Of a DNA stretch of 64,000 bases, positions 11,031-22,796 are shown piece by piece. The notes beneath the pieces were generated by a model, which saw only the letters and a program-made list of their open reading frames with translations, was not told the DNA's origin and searched no databases. The position numbers and the translations under genes are program-made. Source of the DNA: an uncultured Methanosarcinaceae archaeon (GTDB lineage Archaea > Halobacteriota > Methanosarcinia > Methanosarcinales > Methanosarcinaceae); the NCBI GenBank assembly GCA_963733675.1, contig CAVTET010000005.1:160001-224000 (forward strand). Reading direction: 5' to 3'. The number at the start of each line of letters is the position of its first letter. Position 1 is the stretch's first letter.

Positions 11031-12056
11031 ATGCAGGATCTCTGGACTTTGAAATATAGACCAAGCACCCTGGAAGAGTTTCTCGGCAACGAACATTCAA
11101 TAACCACGCTTTCCGAGTTGGCTGGTTCAGGTAATCTCACCCACCTTATATTTTATGGCCCAGAAGATTCCGGAAAAACGACTGCTTCTGTTGCCCTTGC
11201 CCGGAAAATATATGGCAGTACATGGAAAAACAATTTTACATATTTCAATGCGTCTGATTTTTTTGACCAGGGAAAACGTTATCTTATCCGAGATAAACGT
11301 TTTGTTCGTTTTCTGGGGATTGATGAGCCTAAGAAAATTTACAAAAGTGTAATAGATATATTTAAGGAAATTATCAATGATTATGCTGGGGTGGCTTCTA
11401 TTGATGCTGATTATAAGTTGATCTACATAGGTAGTGCTGAATCCCTGAGTCCAGATGCACAAAACGCACTCCGGCGAATTATGGAAAAATACAGTACAAC
11501 ATGTAGATTTATCCTTTCCACTACGAAGCCTTCTAAACTCATTTCTCCTCTCCGTTCAAGGTGTCTTCAAATATTTTTCACATATATTTCTGATTCTATT
11601 ATGGAACCACATCTTGAGAAAGTTGCTTGTGCTGAAAATGTGCATCTTTCAGATGGAGCTTTTGACGCGATTCTTTATTTTGCGAAAGGAAACGTTGCAA
11701 AAGCTGTCCAGACTCTCCAGTTTGTTTCTCTGCTCACACAGGGTTCTGAGGTTACTGAAGAGATGGTTTACGAAACCATAATGCAGTTTGTGGATAAAAC
11801 TGTAGACGAACTGCTCAATTCAGCTCTCACAGGAAATTTTACTAGAGGACGCCAACTTATTGATGAGATGATAGTTGAAAAAGGGTTTTTAGGAGTTGAA
11901 ATTCTTGAAGGACTTGCCGAAGCACTTTTATATTCAGGAGAAAATGATGAAAATATTGCTCGTCTTATTATCAAAATTTCCGAAACAGATGTTCTCCTTA
12001 AAGACGCTGCTAATGAAAGAATCCATCTAGAAAAGCTAATTTTAAATTTTTCTTAA
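11031..12056 (+). CDS. rfcS: Replication factor C small subunit (RFCS2-type)
   Basis: LWTLKYRP, GPEDSGKTT, FNASD, DAQNALRRIMEKYS, LRSRC; Walker B degenerate (IYIGSAE). Confidence 0.88.
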   Translation: MQDLWTLKYRPSTLEEFLGNEHSITTLSELAGSGNLTHLIFYGPEDSGKTTASVALARKIYGSTWKNNFTYFNASDFFDQGKRYLIRDKRFVRFLGIDEPKKIYKSVIDIFKEIINDYAGVASIDADYKLIYIGSAESLSPDAQNALRRIMEKYSTTCRFILSTTKPSKLISPLRSRCLQIFFTYISDSIMEPHLEKVACAENVHLSDGAFDAILYFAKGNVAKAVQTLQFVSLLTQGSEVTEEMVYETIMQFVDKTVDELLNSALTGNFTRGRQLIDEMIVEKGFLGVEILEGLAEALLYSGENDENIARLIIKISETDVLLKDAANERIHLEKLILNFS

Positions 12057-12486
12057 CTCATTTTATTATGCATGTGAATTCGATGTCTTTCAGTACTTCT
12101 CAGAACTGTGTTCGGTGCCTATGGATGATTATGTACTTAACCATTGCCTGAAGGTTGGTTTATCGGACTCATGATAACAATCTAATTACCAGAAGTGGAT
12201 GGCATATATTATACACAAAAAGTCCCATTATTTAAAGTATAAATTACAATCAAAATTTGAAGAAATCATAAATTTCGATTTCATAAATAAGCTAAATAGC
12301 TCTTTTTTCTTCATACAATTCAAATTTATATCTTACTTTTTTTCTGTGAGATTTTTCATTTTTCCTATTGATTCGATGACTATAAAAAGTGTTTTTTGTG
12401 GAATAATACTGTACTAATTAGTCTAATCTGTTGAATTTGGGCTCCAAAAGTATACCATTGTTTATTATAACTCATATCATATAATT

Positions 12487-13718
12487 GAGAATTTCAATAA
12501 ATCCTATCTATTTGAGCATTGCAAAATTTAAATTTAGTAGTATCAACTTTTACTTATGAAAACTCTTACTGATTTTGCTCTTAAACACAAATAAAAATTT
12601 CTCCAGCCAGTTGGAGACAAACTTGCTGAAATTGATTCGTTAATTAATTGGAATTTTTTTTGTATCATTTTTGAATCGATATTTTTTAACAAAATAGTTT
12701 CCTGAGGCGGACATGAAGCTGATGTAACCATTAATGCTTAAAATGTTTGTTTTACATAAATAGCATGATTTTCTTTACTTTGAGATTGATAAACAATGTA
12801 TTGATCGAATTTCTTTCAGAAAATTTATTAATTTTCATGAGTACATACAGGACAGTACCACAATCAGCAGTTCCGAAATGAATTATTAGTAACTGAAACG
12901 AAAAATAAATATCGGGGCAGTTGCAAAGCCAACTTGATTGCCTTGTTTTTGAAAATAAAAAGAGACTGACTCAGGATTTTACTTTTATCCGTTAATGTTC
13001 AACACGCAAAAGCAAGTGAACATCGACAAAATTAGGTAAAAAAGGAGAAACATAGATGGAAATAAACCAAAAAAAGATCATAAGTTACACTTCGGATAAA
13101 AACTTCATAGTACAATAGTAGGGGTTAAGAGCTGATCTGAAGATCCAAAACAACAACTTTATCACTTCATGATTAGATTATAGGTTTATCTGGAAAAGAT
13201 GAAGTGATTTACAGGGCAAGAGGGCACTTTGAGGCAAAATTAAAAGGTTATTATGCAACAATGAAAGGAACATTAAAATAACATCCTTTGAAAATGAGTG
13301 AAATATTATGAAACAAGATAATAAGCTCAAAAAGAACTACATTGGAACGAGTTTATGTAGTAACTAAAAAATATTCAAAGCATGGAAAGTTCATGTCATT
13401 ACTACCAAAGAATGAGTATATGGAGGATTTCAATATATCCTTCAATTTAGTCATATGCTTATAAATGGTATACAAATGATTTGTGGGAATCAGAGGCTTA
13501 TCAAAACTATCTAAAGATATTATTCACTATTTTTGTCATAATCTCAATTATTTGATGACTTTGGGACTAAAAGAAGCATTTTGAGGATGGTAAACACTTT
13601 TTTAAAATCAAAGAATAATTGACAATAAAGGAAAAACGATGTCAAAATACAGAAATCAGCGAAAAAGATTTGGACAGGAATCAAGCGGAGAAATAAATAA
13701 AAGGTAAATCGAAAGCCT
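12487..13718 (+). mobile_element. Near full-length decayed IS5-family element with nested MITE A (13422-13512)
   Basis: Left end GAGAATTTCAATAAA; MKTLTDFALK..VGDKLAEIDSLINW; later fragments DFTFI, HFG.KLH, SLHD, GEVIYR.RG; right end AAATCGAAAGCCT; riddled with stops. Confidence 0.8.
13274..13718 (+). repeat. 445-bp inverted repeat, left arm
   Basis: Reverse complement of 15160-15604; only about 3 mismatches seen by eye. Confidence 0.92.
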
Positions 13719-13883
13719 TTGTAATATTTGATTTTAAATTATTCATTTATATTCCAAGAAGTAGTGAACCCTTTGATTGCAGCGGGTGCACAGAAATTAA
13801 GGTTTACAGAATGCTGAGCCTGAATGGCGACAGTTTTATATACGATACTGAGTGTATGTGCTGGCAAGCACAAGCTAATAAAG

Positions 13884-13955
13884 GGGCCGGTAGATCAGGG
13901 GAAGATCGCTACCTTGGCATGGTAGAGGCCTCGGGTTCAATTCCCGATCGGTCCA
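13884..13955 (+). tRNA. tRNA-Ala (GGC)
   Basis: GGGCCGG acceptor with G3:U70, anticodon arm CTACC-TTGGCAT-GGTAG, T loop GGTTCAATTCC; TTTTATATA box upstream. Confidence 0.96.
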
Positions 13956-13993
13956 CTTAAAAACTAGTAATGTCCTATTTTAATAATCTTATA

Positions 13994-14494
13994 ATGATAC
14001 TATTTTTCAAATTGTTGTTTACACTATCATCACTTTGTAATATCAAGTGTAGCCAGAGACTCTGGCCAGGCGAATTATACTAGAAAATTAAACAGCTGTA
14101 CTGTTCTTGGCACCTTGAGAGAAAATGTCACAAATCAGTAAAGGATATAATTTAACATGAGAACTTACGCTATTTTAACCGATTTAGTTGACTATGGCCA
14201 GATGATAAAGGGATTGTGCACAGGCTTAATCAAGATGAAAGGAAGGGAAGAAAATACTATCAAAATTACTCATGAGAAAGCTTCCGGGGAATTTAACAAA
14301 TAAAGGAGCAAGGCGTTTCTAATTAAAATGCGGATTTTAGCAGAACTTCCATAAGTAAGGCAAGTACTTGGAGCTTCACAGAAAATCATTTGGAGAGTAA
14401 TTGTTGCGGAAGATAAGCATGTTACTCTTGATGCTAACCCAAGCTCGCAGGTAAGACCTTGATTAACTATATAAGATATATTTCTGTACAATAA
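13994..14494 (+). pseudogene. Degenerate FKBP-type PPIase paralogue
   Basis: Fragments ANYTRKLNSCTVLGT, RTYAILTDLVDYGQMIKGL..MK..EE.TIKI..EKA.G and VTLDAN..LAGKTL align with the intact downstream FKBP; contains stops and frameshifts. Confidence 0.65.
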
Positions 14495-14618
14495 ATTTAG
14501 CTTTGTAGAATCAAACGGATAATTTATTAAAATTATATATGAGTAATTTATCCATTCTACATACTTTAATATTTGAAAGAACTCATGTTGAAAAAGGAAT
14601 GCAAAGGATAAAGACACG

Positions 14619-15089
14619 ATGGAAAATTTTCGCACTGTGCAAAAAGGAAATTACCTCCTTATTGATTTCATCGGAAAGTTCGAGGATGGAACTGTATTCG
14701 ATACTACATCAAAAGAAAAAGCCATTGAAGCAGGGATATATGACCCAGAAAGGGAATATAAGCCTCTCTTTTTTAGGGCTGATGTTGGTCAGATAATAAA
14801 AGGTATTGATAAAGGAGTTCTAGGGATGAAAGAAGCTGAGGGAAAAACCCTTATAATCTCACCTGAAGAAGCCTATGGTGAATACAAGAAATATCTTGTT
14901 CAGGATGTCCCATTTGCAAAGCTTGAACTCCAGGCTCCCCCTGAAGTAGGGACAAAGATCATAACACCTGGAGGAAGGGAAGTTAAAGTACTCAATTCCA
15001 CAGAAATTTCTGCTACTTTGGACTTTAATCATGAACTTGCAGGTAAAACTCTTATCCTTGAAATAAAAATTTTATCGATTATAAGTTGA
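14619..15089 (+). CDS. FKBP-type peptidyl-prolyl cis-trans isomerase (SlyD-like, short)
   Basis: GKFEDGTVFDTT, YKPLFF..GQIIKG, PEEAYG, LDFNHELAGKTL. Confidence 0.93.
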   Translation: MENFRTVQKGNYLLIDFIGKFEDGTVFDTTSKEKAIEAGIYDPEREYKPLFFRADVGQIIKGIDKGVLGMKEAEGKTLIISPEEAYGEYKKYLVQDVPFAKLELQAPPEVGTKIITPGGREVKVLNSTEISATLDFNHELAGKTLILEIKILSIIS

Positions 15090-15159
15090 TTCCTGAACCT
15101 ACAAAATAGAGATGATGAAATATGGAAAAGGAAAGAAAGGTATAGTGATATTACTATAG

Positions 15160-15604
15160 AGGCTTACGATTTATCTTTTATTTATTTCTCCGCTTGATTC
15201 CTGTCCAAATCTTTTTCGCCGATTTCTGTATTTTGACATCGTTTTTCCTTTATTGTCAATTATTCTTTGATTTTAAAAAAGTGTTTACCATCCTCAAAAT
15301 GCTTCTTTTAGTCCCAAAGTCATCAAATAATTGAGATTATGACAAAAATAGTGAATAATATCTTTAGATAGTTTTGATAAGCCTCTGATTCCCACAAATC
15401 ATTTGTATACCATTTATAAGCATATGACTAAATTGAAGGATATATTGAAATCCTCCATATACTCATTCTTTGGTAGTAATGACATGAACTTTCCATGCTT
15501 TGAATATTTTTTAGTTACTACATAAACTCGTTCCAATGTAGTTCTTTTTGAGCTTATTATCTTGTTTCATAATATTTCACTCATTTTCAAAGGATGTTAT
15601 TTTA
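15160..15604 (-). repeat. 445-bp inverted repeat, right arm (IS5 3' end plus MITE A at 15366-15456)
   Basis: Reverse complement of 13274-13718. Confidence 0.92.
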
Positions 15605-15927
15605 CGATGTTAATAAAATCCCGATACTTCATGAAAAAAACAATATACTATTTTTTATATCCACGGTGTCTTGCATGCCATAGTTCTATTTTTATAGTAC
15701 AAAGGTAGCTTAAAATCGAAGTCAGTTAGAATAACGGTTATCTGGGAAGTTTCCATCCCGCAGCAAACTGAGGGGCATTCGCCTGAAAATAAATTTTTTG
15801 ATCTACGAAATTTCAAACAACCAAGCAAAAGTTATAAGTAGTAATTCGAGTATTAAACGTGTTGTTGGATAAGGTTGCCTCCTCAAAAAAGCCTTTCAAC
15901 ACTGATATTTTCAAAAAATTAGCAAAT

Positions 15928-16004
15928 GGGCCCGTAGCTTAGCTTGGTGGAGCGCACGGCTGATAACCGTGAGGTCCTGCGTTCGAATCGCAGCGGGCCC
16001 ACCA
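15928..16004 (+). tRNA. tRNA-Ile (GAT), CCA encoded
   Basis: GGGCCCG/CGGGCCC acceptor, CACGG-CTGATAA-CCGTG anticodon arm, GTTCGAATC T loop, ACCA end. Confidence 0.96.
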
Positions 16005-16089
16005 TATTTTCTTTGAATCCTCATTTTTTCTCTCACTTGTATTTTTACAATCTCAAGTTTAAACAGAAAAATTTTTCTCAGATAATATA

Positions 16090-16330
16090 TCCATGATGAT
16101 TCAATTTACCTTTGATTTTTCCTTTATGTGATTCCTGTCCAAATATTTCTCGCTATTTCGGTATTTGACAAGATTTTTTTCCTGGTTCAGTATTCTTTGA
16201 TTTTAAAGATGGCTGCCGTTATCCTTAAAATACTCGTTTTATTTCCAATGTCATCAATAGATAGAGATTATAACAAAATGATACACAATATCTTCAGATT
16301 CATTCTTAAACTATTGAGGATCAATTTTAA
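16090..16330 (-). mobile_element. IS5-family 3'-end relic
   Basis: GATTCCTGTCCAAAT..TATTCTTTGATTTTAAA..GAGATTATAACAAAA resembles 15190-15350 at lower identity. Confidence 0.65.
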
Positions 16331-16515
16331 TCAATTATCAAGATAAATGTAATTTTTAGTAATATCTATATGTGTTACTTATTATATAATTTGTATAACC
16401 ATCCCCTTGGAATGAAAGTTTACAAGAAATACTGAACTCCTGTATAAAATTATCCTGGAAAATAAAAAAGTTCATATTGGTTAAGAAAATCCCGTTTCCA
16501 AAAAATATGATAACT

Positions 16516-17255
16516 ATGGCAAAAAAAGAAAAGACAAGAGCAAAAGTCGGATTGGAGGATGAACTCTGAAAATCTGCAGATCTTCTAAGGAACAACACGG
16601 ATGCTGCAGAATACAAGCACTTTGTCCTCGGGCTAATTTTCTTATAATACATTTCAGCTTCTTTTGAAGAGTTTTACAAGACACTTGAAAATGACCCTTC
16701 GTGCGATTCCGACGATATAGATTAGTACATGGCTAAAAACGTCTTTGGGTTCCAAAAGATGTTAGATGGAAAGTTCTAATGGCTAAATTAAAAATTGTAG
16801 ATCTAAGTATCCTTATAGATAATGCTCTGGATTTAATTGAAACAGGAAACTGTTCCCCAATGGTTGGTGTGTTGGCAAAGAGCTACCGTGCCTGCAAGGA
16901 TTCTCTTGGCACAAAGCTTAGAGAACTTATGGATCGATAGATAATATCAAAGTAGGGAATGCCGAGAGTAAAAGTCAGGATGTGCTCGAGAGGATTTAAG
17001 AATGCTTCCTTGGTAAATTCGCAAATGCCGAGGGGAAGTGAGGTGGTCAGTTCTTTACCCAACGAAATATTTTCAGGGTTCTCGTTGAAATGATTGAGCT
17101 ATATAAAGGTAGAGTCTATGACCAATGCTGTGGTTCAGGTGATATGTTCGTACAAACAGAGCGCTTTATTGAGGAACCTGGCGGAAAGAAAGAAAATGTC
17201 TTATTTTTGTGGGCAGGAATCAAATCAGACTACAAGGAAACTTTGCAAGACATAT
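16516..17255 (+). pseudogene. hsdM: Type I restriction-modification methyltransferase (M subunit) relic
   Basis: LEDEL*KSADLLRNN.DAAEYKHFVLGLIFL*YIS; FLGKFANAEGK*GGQFFT..VLVEMIE..KGRVYDQCCGSGDMFVQ; GQESNQTT; multiple stops, truncated. Confidence 0.85.
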
Positions 17256-17571
17256 AATATTGTTCACATTTTTTTCTCACTTTCTTCCCATTGTTTACTT
17301 CTAAATCACTTTTGATGAAAATCTTTTTGTACTTGGCAATGGATGCATTTTGCTCATTTTATGAAGTGTCGATTTTTGCGGTGGGTACTATAAACGCATT
17401 ATTAAGGAAACTGAAGAAAGCACCATCCAGATTTTGACTTCCTAAACGAAAACTTAATTGTAAATATGCGCTTCTGAAATCCTTTTACTACTTTTATCTT
17501 ACAAGCAGATCTCACATAAGCTTCTTTTGAGAATACTTCTGAAGATTAAACACTTAAATGTTTTTTGACTT

Positions 17572-18366
17572 TTAAACCTTGCTCTCTGTTCGGCCTTTAA
17601 TAATGTTGCCAAAGTACATACAGCCTTCCATTGAAATCTTTGGCATTTCTGGAGACTCATCTACCATGTTGACCTGAGAGCCCCTGATAAGTACACAGGG
17701 TATCCTTTCTCCAGCCTCACCCATCAGAAGTTCCGCAGCAGAAACAAGGTTATCTGCCACTGCTTTATGTGTAACAATGAGAGGTTTTCCATAGATATCA
17801 CAAGTTCCCCTTGCATCCTCTACAGGTAGAAATCCTGAAACTCCAAGCGCAATTCCTGTGCATCCAAGTCTGAGGGGCTGAGTTCTGCTGTCCCCGATAA
17901 TAACTCCAAGCCTACAAGAATAACGCTGTTCAAGCCGTTTTCGGATATATCCCGAACTTTTTTGTGGGTCCTCTGGGAGCAAGACGACACGCCCTTCAGG
18001 AGCATTGGATGCATCGATTCCTGCATTTGGGGCCAGAACACCTTTTGTAATTGTAAGTACAGCTCCAGGCACACCCCCTAAAATCTCATCACATTCCTTA
18101 GTCACAAGTTCCATTTCTCTGGGATCGATTCCGTACTTTTTCCCAAGTATTTGTGCCTTTTCTCCTGGAACAATGCTTGCAAGCTCAATAACTCTCTTTT
18201 CCGCCGTTCCAACTGCAGATTCAGCCAGTACGAAAATATCTCCTTCAACTGGAACAACGCATGCCTCCTCAAGCGAAATTTCCAAAATTCGCACGATGTC
18301 ATCCCCTTCCTTGATAATGGGGGTCTGAATCCCGAACATCTGAATATAGTTCTTTCCTGAATTCAT
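17572..18366 (-). CDS. cofE: Coenzyme F420-0:L-glutamate ligase family protein
   Basis: PIIKEGDDI, PNAGIDASN, VLLPEDP, GVIIGDSRTQPLRLG, ADNLVSAAELLMGEA.E.IP. Confidence 0.85.
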   Translation of the reverse strand: MNSGKNYIQMFGIQTPIIKEGDDIVRILEISLEEACVVPVEGDIFVLAESAVGTAEKRVIELASIVPGEKAQILGKKYGIDPREMELVTKECDEILGGVPGAVLTITKGVLAPNAGIDASNAPEGRVVLLPEDPQKSSGYIRKRLEQRYSCRLGVIIGDSRTQPLRLGCTGIALGVSGFLPVEDARGTCDIYGKPLIVTHKAVADNLVSAAELLMGEAGERIPCVLIRGSQVNMVDESPEMPKISMEGCMYFGNIIKGRTESKV

Positions 18367-18861
18367 ATTTTGATGCCTTTGAATGATGATAATTAGCTTT
18401 AGTTTCCTAAGCCAAACGAATATATATAGGACTCAAACCTTAAAATACTGGTAGATATTGATAAATGTATCTAGAGATTCCATAAAATGAAATAAATTCC
18501 ACATCCTGCAGTTAAGCATAAATAGAGAAAATATTTATACGAATTTTCCCTGAGACCCAATATCGTGTATTCAATATTCCATTTTCGTTTCTGTATATAG
18601 GCCTCACAGTAAAAATAAGTACTTCAAAAATTTAGAATAATGAATTTATCATCAAGTACATGCATCTATTAACTAATCACAACTTCAAATTTGAAAGAAA
18701 GGACATAAACAGGAAAAGCGGAAAGAAAAATACAATCTCCTACTACACTTTATTTCTACCGTGCTTTGCCTGGTTATACAGCGCCAAGTAACTTCAGTAT
18801 GAATATTTACATTTAAAATTATATTTTTTTTAAAATGGAATCAATTCGTGAGTTTACTGTA

Positions 18862-19015
18862 GATAATTTCTATAAGCATTTAGCCATTTGAGAATTGAGG
18901 ATTTTAACTCTCTTCGAATTAATTTTTACTTATGGAACCTCTTACTGATTCGCTCTTAAAAAAGGATACAAGTTCCTTCAGTTAGTTGAAGACAACCTTA
19001 CTAAAATTAATTCAC
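18862..19015 (+). mobile_element. IS5-family 5'-end relic (truncated)
   Basis: CTTATGGAACCTCTTACTGATTCGCTCTTAAA..TACAAG..CAGTTAGTTGAAGACAA. Confidence 0.65.
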
Positions 19016-19466
19016 CTACCAATGCGATCTACCCAATGGATGGGTGTGTATTTCCCAAAGATCTACGGACGAAGATACTGTAATGGAGTAGTGTGTCAGA
19101 TAAGGTGAGTTAAGTAGTAGAGGTGTATTAATTATCTCGGTTTTAAGTAATGTACTCTTCTCTATAGATTAGTAAAACAGGCATAACCACAATCATCTAT
19201 AATAAAAGAACTCGTAAAAATAAGAGATTTATCAAATTGCTCTATAAATAATTATAGGGTTTTATTGTCTAAAAGAAATTTTGTACGATAATTCACACAA
19301 AAAAACCACATGATATCTTATTTTATAGACCAAATGGTACGGATTACATAGTTACATTTTATGGTGCAAAGGGAGCTCAAAATATAGTCCAGTTAGTTAA
19401 TCAGGTTCGTGGGGAATTTCTTTCCCTGAGCAAAAACTGCAGGGTATTCGACTAAAATAAAACATT

Positions 19467-19555
19467 AGAGTAATTCAATAAACCCTTATTTTTACGAGTA
19501 TTTATATGTCATTTATTTGCATATGACGAAATTTAAGGATTTCTCGAAATCCTGA
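19467..19555. mobile_element. MITE family A
   Basis: AGAGTAATTCAATAAA..TTTTACGAG..CATATGACGAAATT..TCTCGAAATCCT; a further partial copy lies at about 19160-19243. Confidence 0.6.
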
Positions 19556-20078
19556 TTATATTAAGGGATCGTAGAAAAAGCAAAAGCAAAGTTAAATTCA
19601 TCTAGATTAAAGAACACTGGTGAAATTAAATTATTATCTGTCTTAATTTTGACAAATCTAGTGTGCAGCCAGAAGGATATCTAATATTTTAGGGTGAACT
19701 GGGCAAGATCAACTTGATTCCTATAAAATAAATTTAGGTCATATCCTTAAGTCATTGACCAATTCCCAAAAAACAAGTAAATCTTCCGAATTTGAGAAAA
19801 TATAAAGATAGTCCTGAGCTCAGGTTTTTTGATAAGTTACAGAAAAGACCGAAATTTATAACAAATTTTTTCCAAAATGTATCATTCTTTGTATTGTATT
19901 CACTTAATCGGACAGCATGTCTAATTTTCTGAAAAATCACAAATTTCAATAATTTATTTAGTAGAATAATTCCATATCCTAAGAAATCAATTACACACAG
20001 TACATAAAAATTCGATACAAAATTCACAGCAAATTCGTGATATTAAACTGAATTGCAATTATAAGAAATAGAGGAGGT

Positions 20079-21035
20079 TCAGGAGACTCCCTGTCTTTTT
20101 GCTGCCTCAAGCTTTCTGAGGTCTTCGCATTTTTCTCCATATTTTCTTATCTTCAGTAAATTTATGATTGTTGAGACTCTATGTGAGTGCTCCTGTTCTT
20201 TTTCGGCTTTTCGAGCCTGATAAACCCTAATAGACCTAAGAAGGTCTATTTTTCTGAATTCGGGCCAGAAAGGGACGCAAAAGTATGCTGCACATTCGCT
20301 TCCGTTAGCCTGCCAAGAAAGAAAATTAGAAACTCTCTCATCGCCACCCGTACGGATTATCAGGTCCACATTCGGAACTGAGAATCCAGGAGAAGGATAT
20401 AGGTGTTTTGAAATGAGATTTTCATTAACTTCTTCAAGAGAAAGCTTCCCACTGGAAACACAACTTGCAATATCCTGGACTGCCTGAATAATATCTTGTC
20501 GACCTCCGTAGGCAATTGCCACGTTTAGATGAAATTTATTACAATGTTCCGTAGCTTTTTCTAGCTTTTCAATTGAATTATTTAGAAAATCAGGCAATTT
20601 TGATCTATCACCTATGATACGGACCCGAATCTTTTTTTCATACGTACTTGGGTCGGAATAAAGTTTCAAAAATTTTTCGTTGATAAGATTAAATAAGCCA
20701 TCCACCTCATCTTCAGGACGCTGGAAATTTTCCGTGGAGAGAGCATAAAGAGTAAGCTGTTTTACCTTTATATCATAGCACCAATCAATAACCTTTTCAC
20801 TAACTTTTGCCCCCATTGAGTGCCCAAAACTTCGACTTTGCCCCATATTTCCTGCATATCTGCGATTACCATCCATAATAACGGCTATGTGATGAGGGAT
20901 TTCATAATTTTGAATATTTTTTTCGAGCCTACTTTCGTATCGTTTATAAGATGCACTAAATATATGGTTTTTCAAGAAGCGAAATCCTGGCCAGAAAGCC
21001 CCTTTAGGGTATAAATTAATTTTCGACCTTGCCAC
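20079..21035 (-). CDS. uppS: cis-prenyltransferase (undecaprenyl diphosphate synthase family)
   Basis: [54 protein letters not shown]; GGAGG RBS and GTG start. Confidence 0.93.
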   Translation of the reverse strand: MARSKINLYPKGAFWPGFRFLKNHIFSASYKRYESRLEKNIQNYEIPHHIAVIMDGNRRYAGNMGQSRSFGHSMGAKVSEKVIDWCYDIKVKQLTLYALSTENFQRPEDEVDGLFNLINEKFLKLYSDPSTYEKKIRVRIIGDRSKLPDFLNNSIEKLEKATEHCNKFHLNVAIAYGGRQDIIQAVQDIASCVSSGKLSLEEVNENLISKHLYPSPGFSVPNVDLIIRTGGDERVSNFLSWQANGSECAAYFCVPFWPEFRKIDLLRSIRVYQARKAEKEQEHSHRVSTIINLLKIRKYGEKCEDLRKLEAAKRQGVS

Positions 21036-21089
21036 TGTGCCTCCTTCTAAATATAGGCTGAGAGTACAATATAATTTGTATCTTTTTAT

Positions 21090-21213
21090 GATATATCTCT
21101 TGTGTCTGCCAACTATTATTCATTGAAAGTGAATAAATTTTAAATTTATTTTCATCTTGAGAAAATAGATGGCCTTCTTGTGTACATCTGTAGAAAGTGG
21201 GTTTAATGGCATC
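21090..21213 (-). repeat. Dispersed repeat family B (copy 3)
   Basis: ACTATTATTCATTGAAA..TTGAGAAAATAGATGGCCTTCTTGTGTACATCTGTAGAAAGTGGGTTTA. Confidence 0.75.
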
Positions 21214-22796
21214 GTAAATTGTACCGTTACCAAAAGTTCAAGTATGATCTATGCTACTCCAGAAAACATACTGTAGGGGCTGAGATTAAGTCATTTTTTG
21301 TGCCACAAGCAACGAAGGCTATAAGACCTTCACTTGCTCATTATTATTTAAATATGTCACAAGCAAGACAATTACTTTCATTCCCATGTTTGAAGATGTC
21401 AGCGGTGTTTAATACCACCTGTAGACCAAGTATTCGCTTGTATCCACGATATTTATCCTTAAACTCTTCAACTATTTTTGGGATTATTTCTAAAATGAAA
21501 TTGTATCCCAATCTTGCAGAGTTGATTACGTGTTTTGCCATCAAATTATTGTATATACTAGTATTCCACCATGTTAAGTAACTAAATAGTGATATCTTAG
21601 TATATATATCTTATCTCCCTATACTATCTATTCAGTTTACATCTCTATATACTAATCTCTTCGGTAATAAGTTATGAATATCTATAAATAAAATAGGTAT
21701 CATTTTATCATTACCTATATTTTGAGTTATGGGGGGATATTTAATTAAAGACGGACAAAACATAGGGCTGGCTATCCCAAATAATGTTATAAGCCAAAAT
21801 CCTACTATATACACAATAAAATTGGATGTTTACGACAGATCTGGTAAGAAATTAATAGAAGGAGTTATGCCGGTAAATTCAGTCCATGGCCTGGCAATAA
21901 TAACTATAACATATGGAGGTCCTTAAAAATCAGACTAAAATATGTAAATAATTATGGATGATTTCAATTTCCATATAATTTTTTAATGAAATATAACTGA
22001 CATAAATCTAATTGAATACTTTTGTAACTTTTTAGAAATTCATGGGTAAAAATATCTAATTTTTCGATGTTACTAGGTTTTAGTTTTATGATCATTCCGG
22101 TGGGATCAGTCTATAATTGCAGAAAGTAGTGTAGGCAAAAAAGGTAAAAATGCAGGGGGCTGCAATAACTCCCTTTTTAATTATTGAATTCATCCAAAGC
22201 TTGACTAATATTATTTTTCCTTTATACATTACCCGGGTGTAGACAATTAAATCAAAAATGAACGATTATAGGGCTATTTAGGACATTTTCTTTAGTCTAA
22301 TAGGGATCTCTGAAATAATTAATGAAATCAGGCCTATGTAATGTTAATCCTAATTAGTTTAAGTTAGTATTATAGATCCTCTGAAAGATATATTTAATTA
22401 AATATAATTATGGTTTATATATTTACACGTATCTTCAAGTAGACCTTTGATCGAGCTGTAGGTATATCCCCCTGCAGCTCAATAGATCCATTCTTTGACA
22501 TATAAGATCAGCCGGATCACCTAAACTAATATAAAAAAGTTAAATTTGGTCTTTAAATCAATAATATTAGTTTTTGCAATCCTGTCAAGTTTGGTAGAAG
22601 CATAATTTTTGGCTGAAGATTTAATTTTAGAACCGGATTTTGATTTTATTACCAGCAGGATTATCAGCTGCCAGGATCACTTTATTAATTTGAAAGGACA
22701 ATATTGAAGCATCTTGAGCTAAAAAGCCATGTCTTCAATTCTGTAACTCCGGATTATCTAAATATTGTCAAAAAAATGAAATGAGAATTGCTCATC

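Noticed and set aside
11031-12056. RFC small subunit with a degenerate Walker B as a novelty
   Set aside because: A second, divergent RFC small subunit is already described in Methanosarcina.
21219-21926. Short ORFs downstream of repeat B copy 3
   Set aside because: No recognisable motifs; probably fragments of decayed genes.
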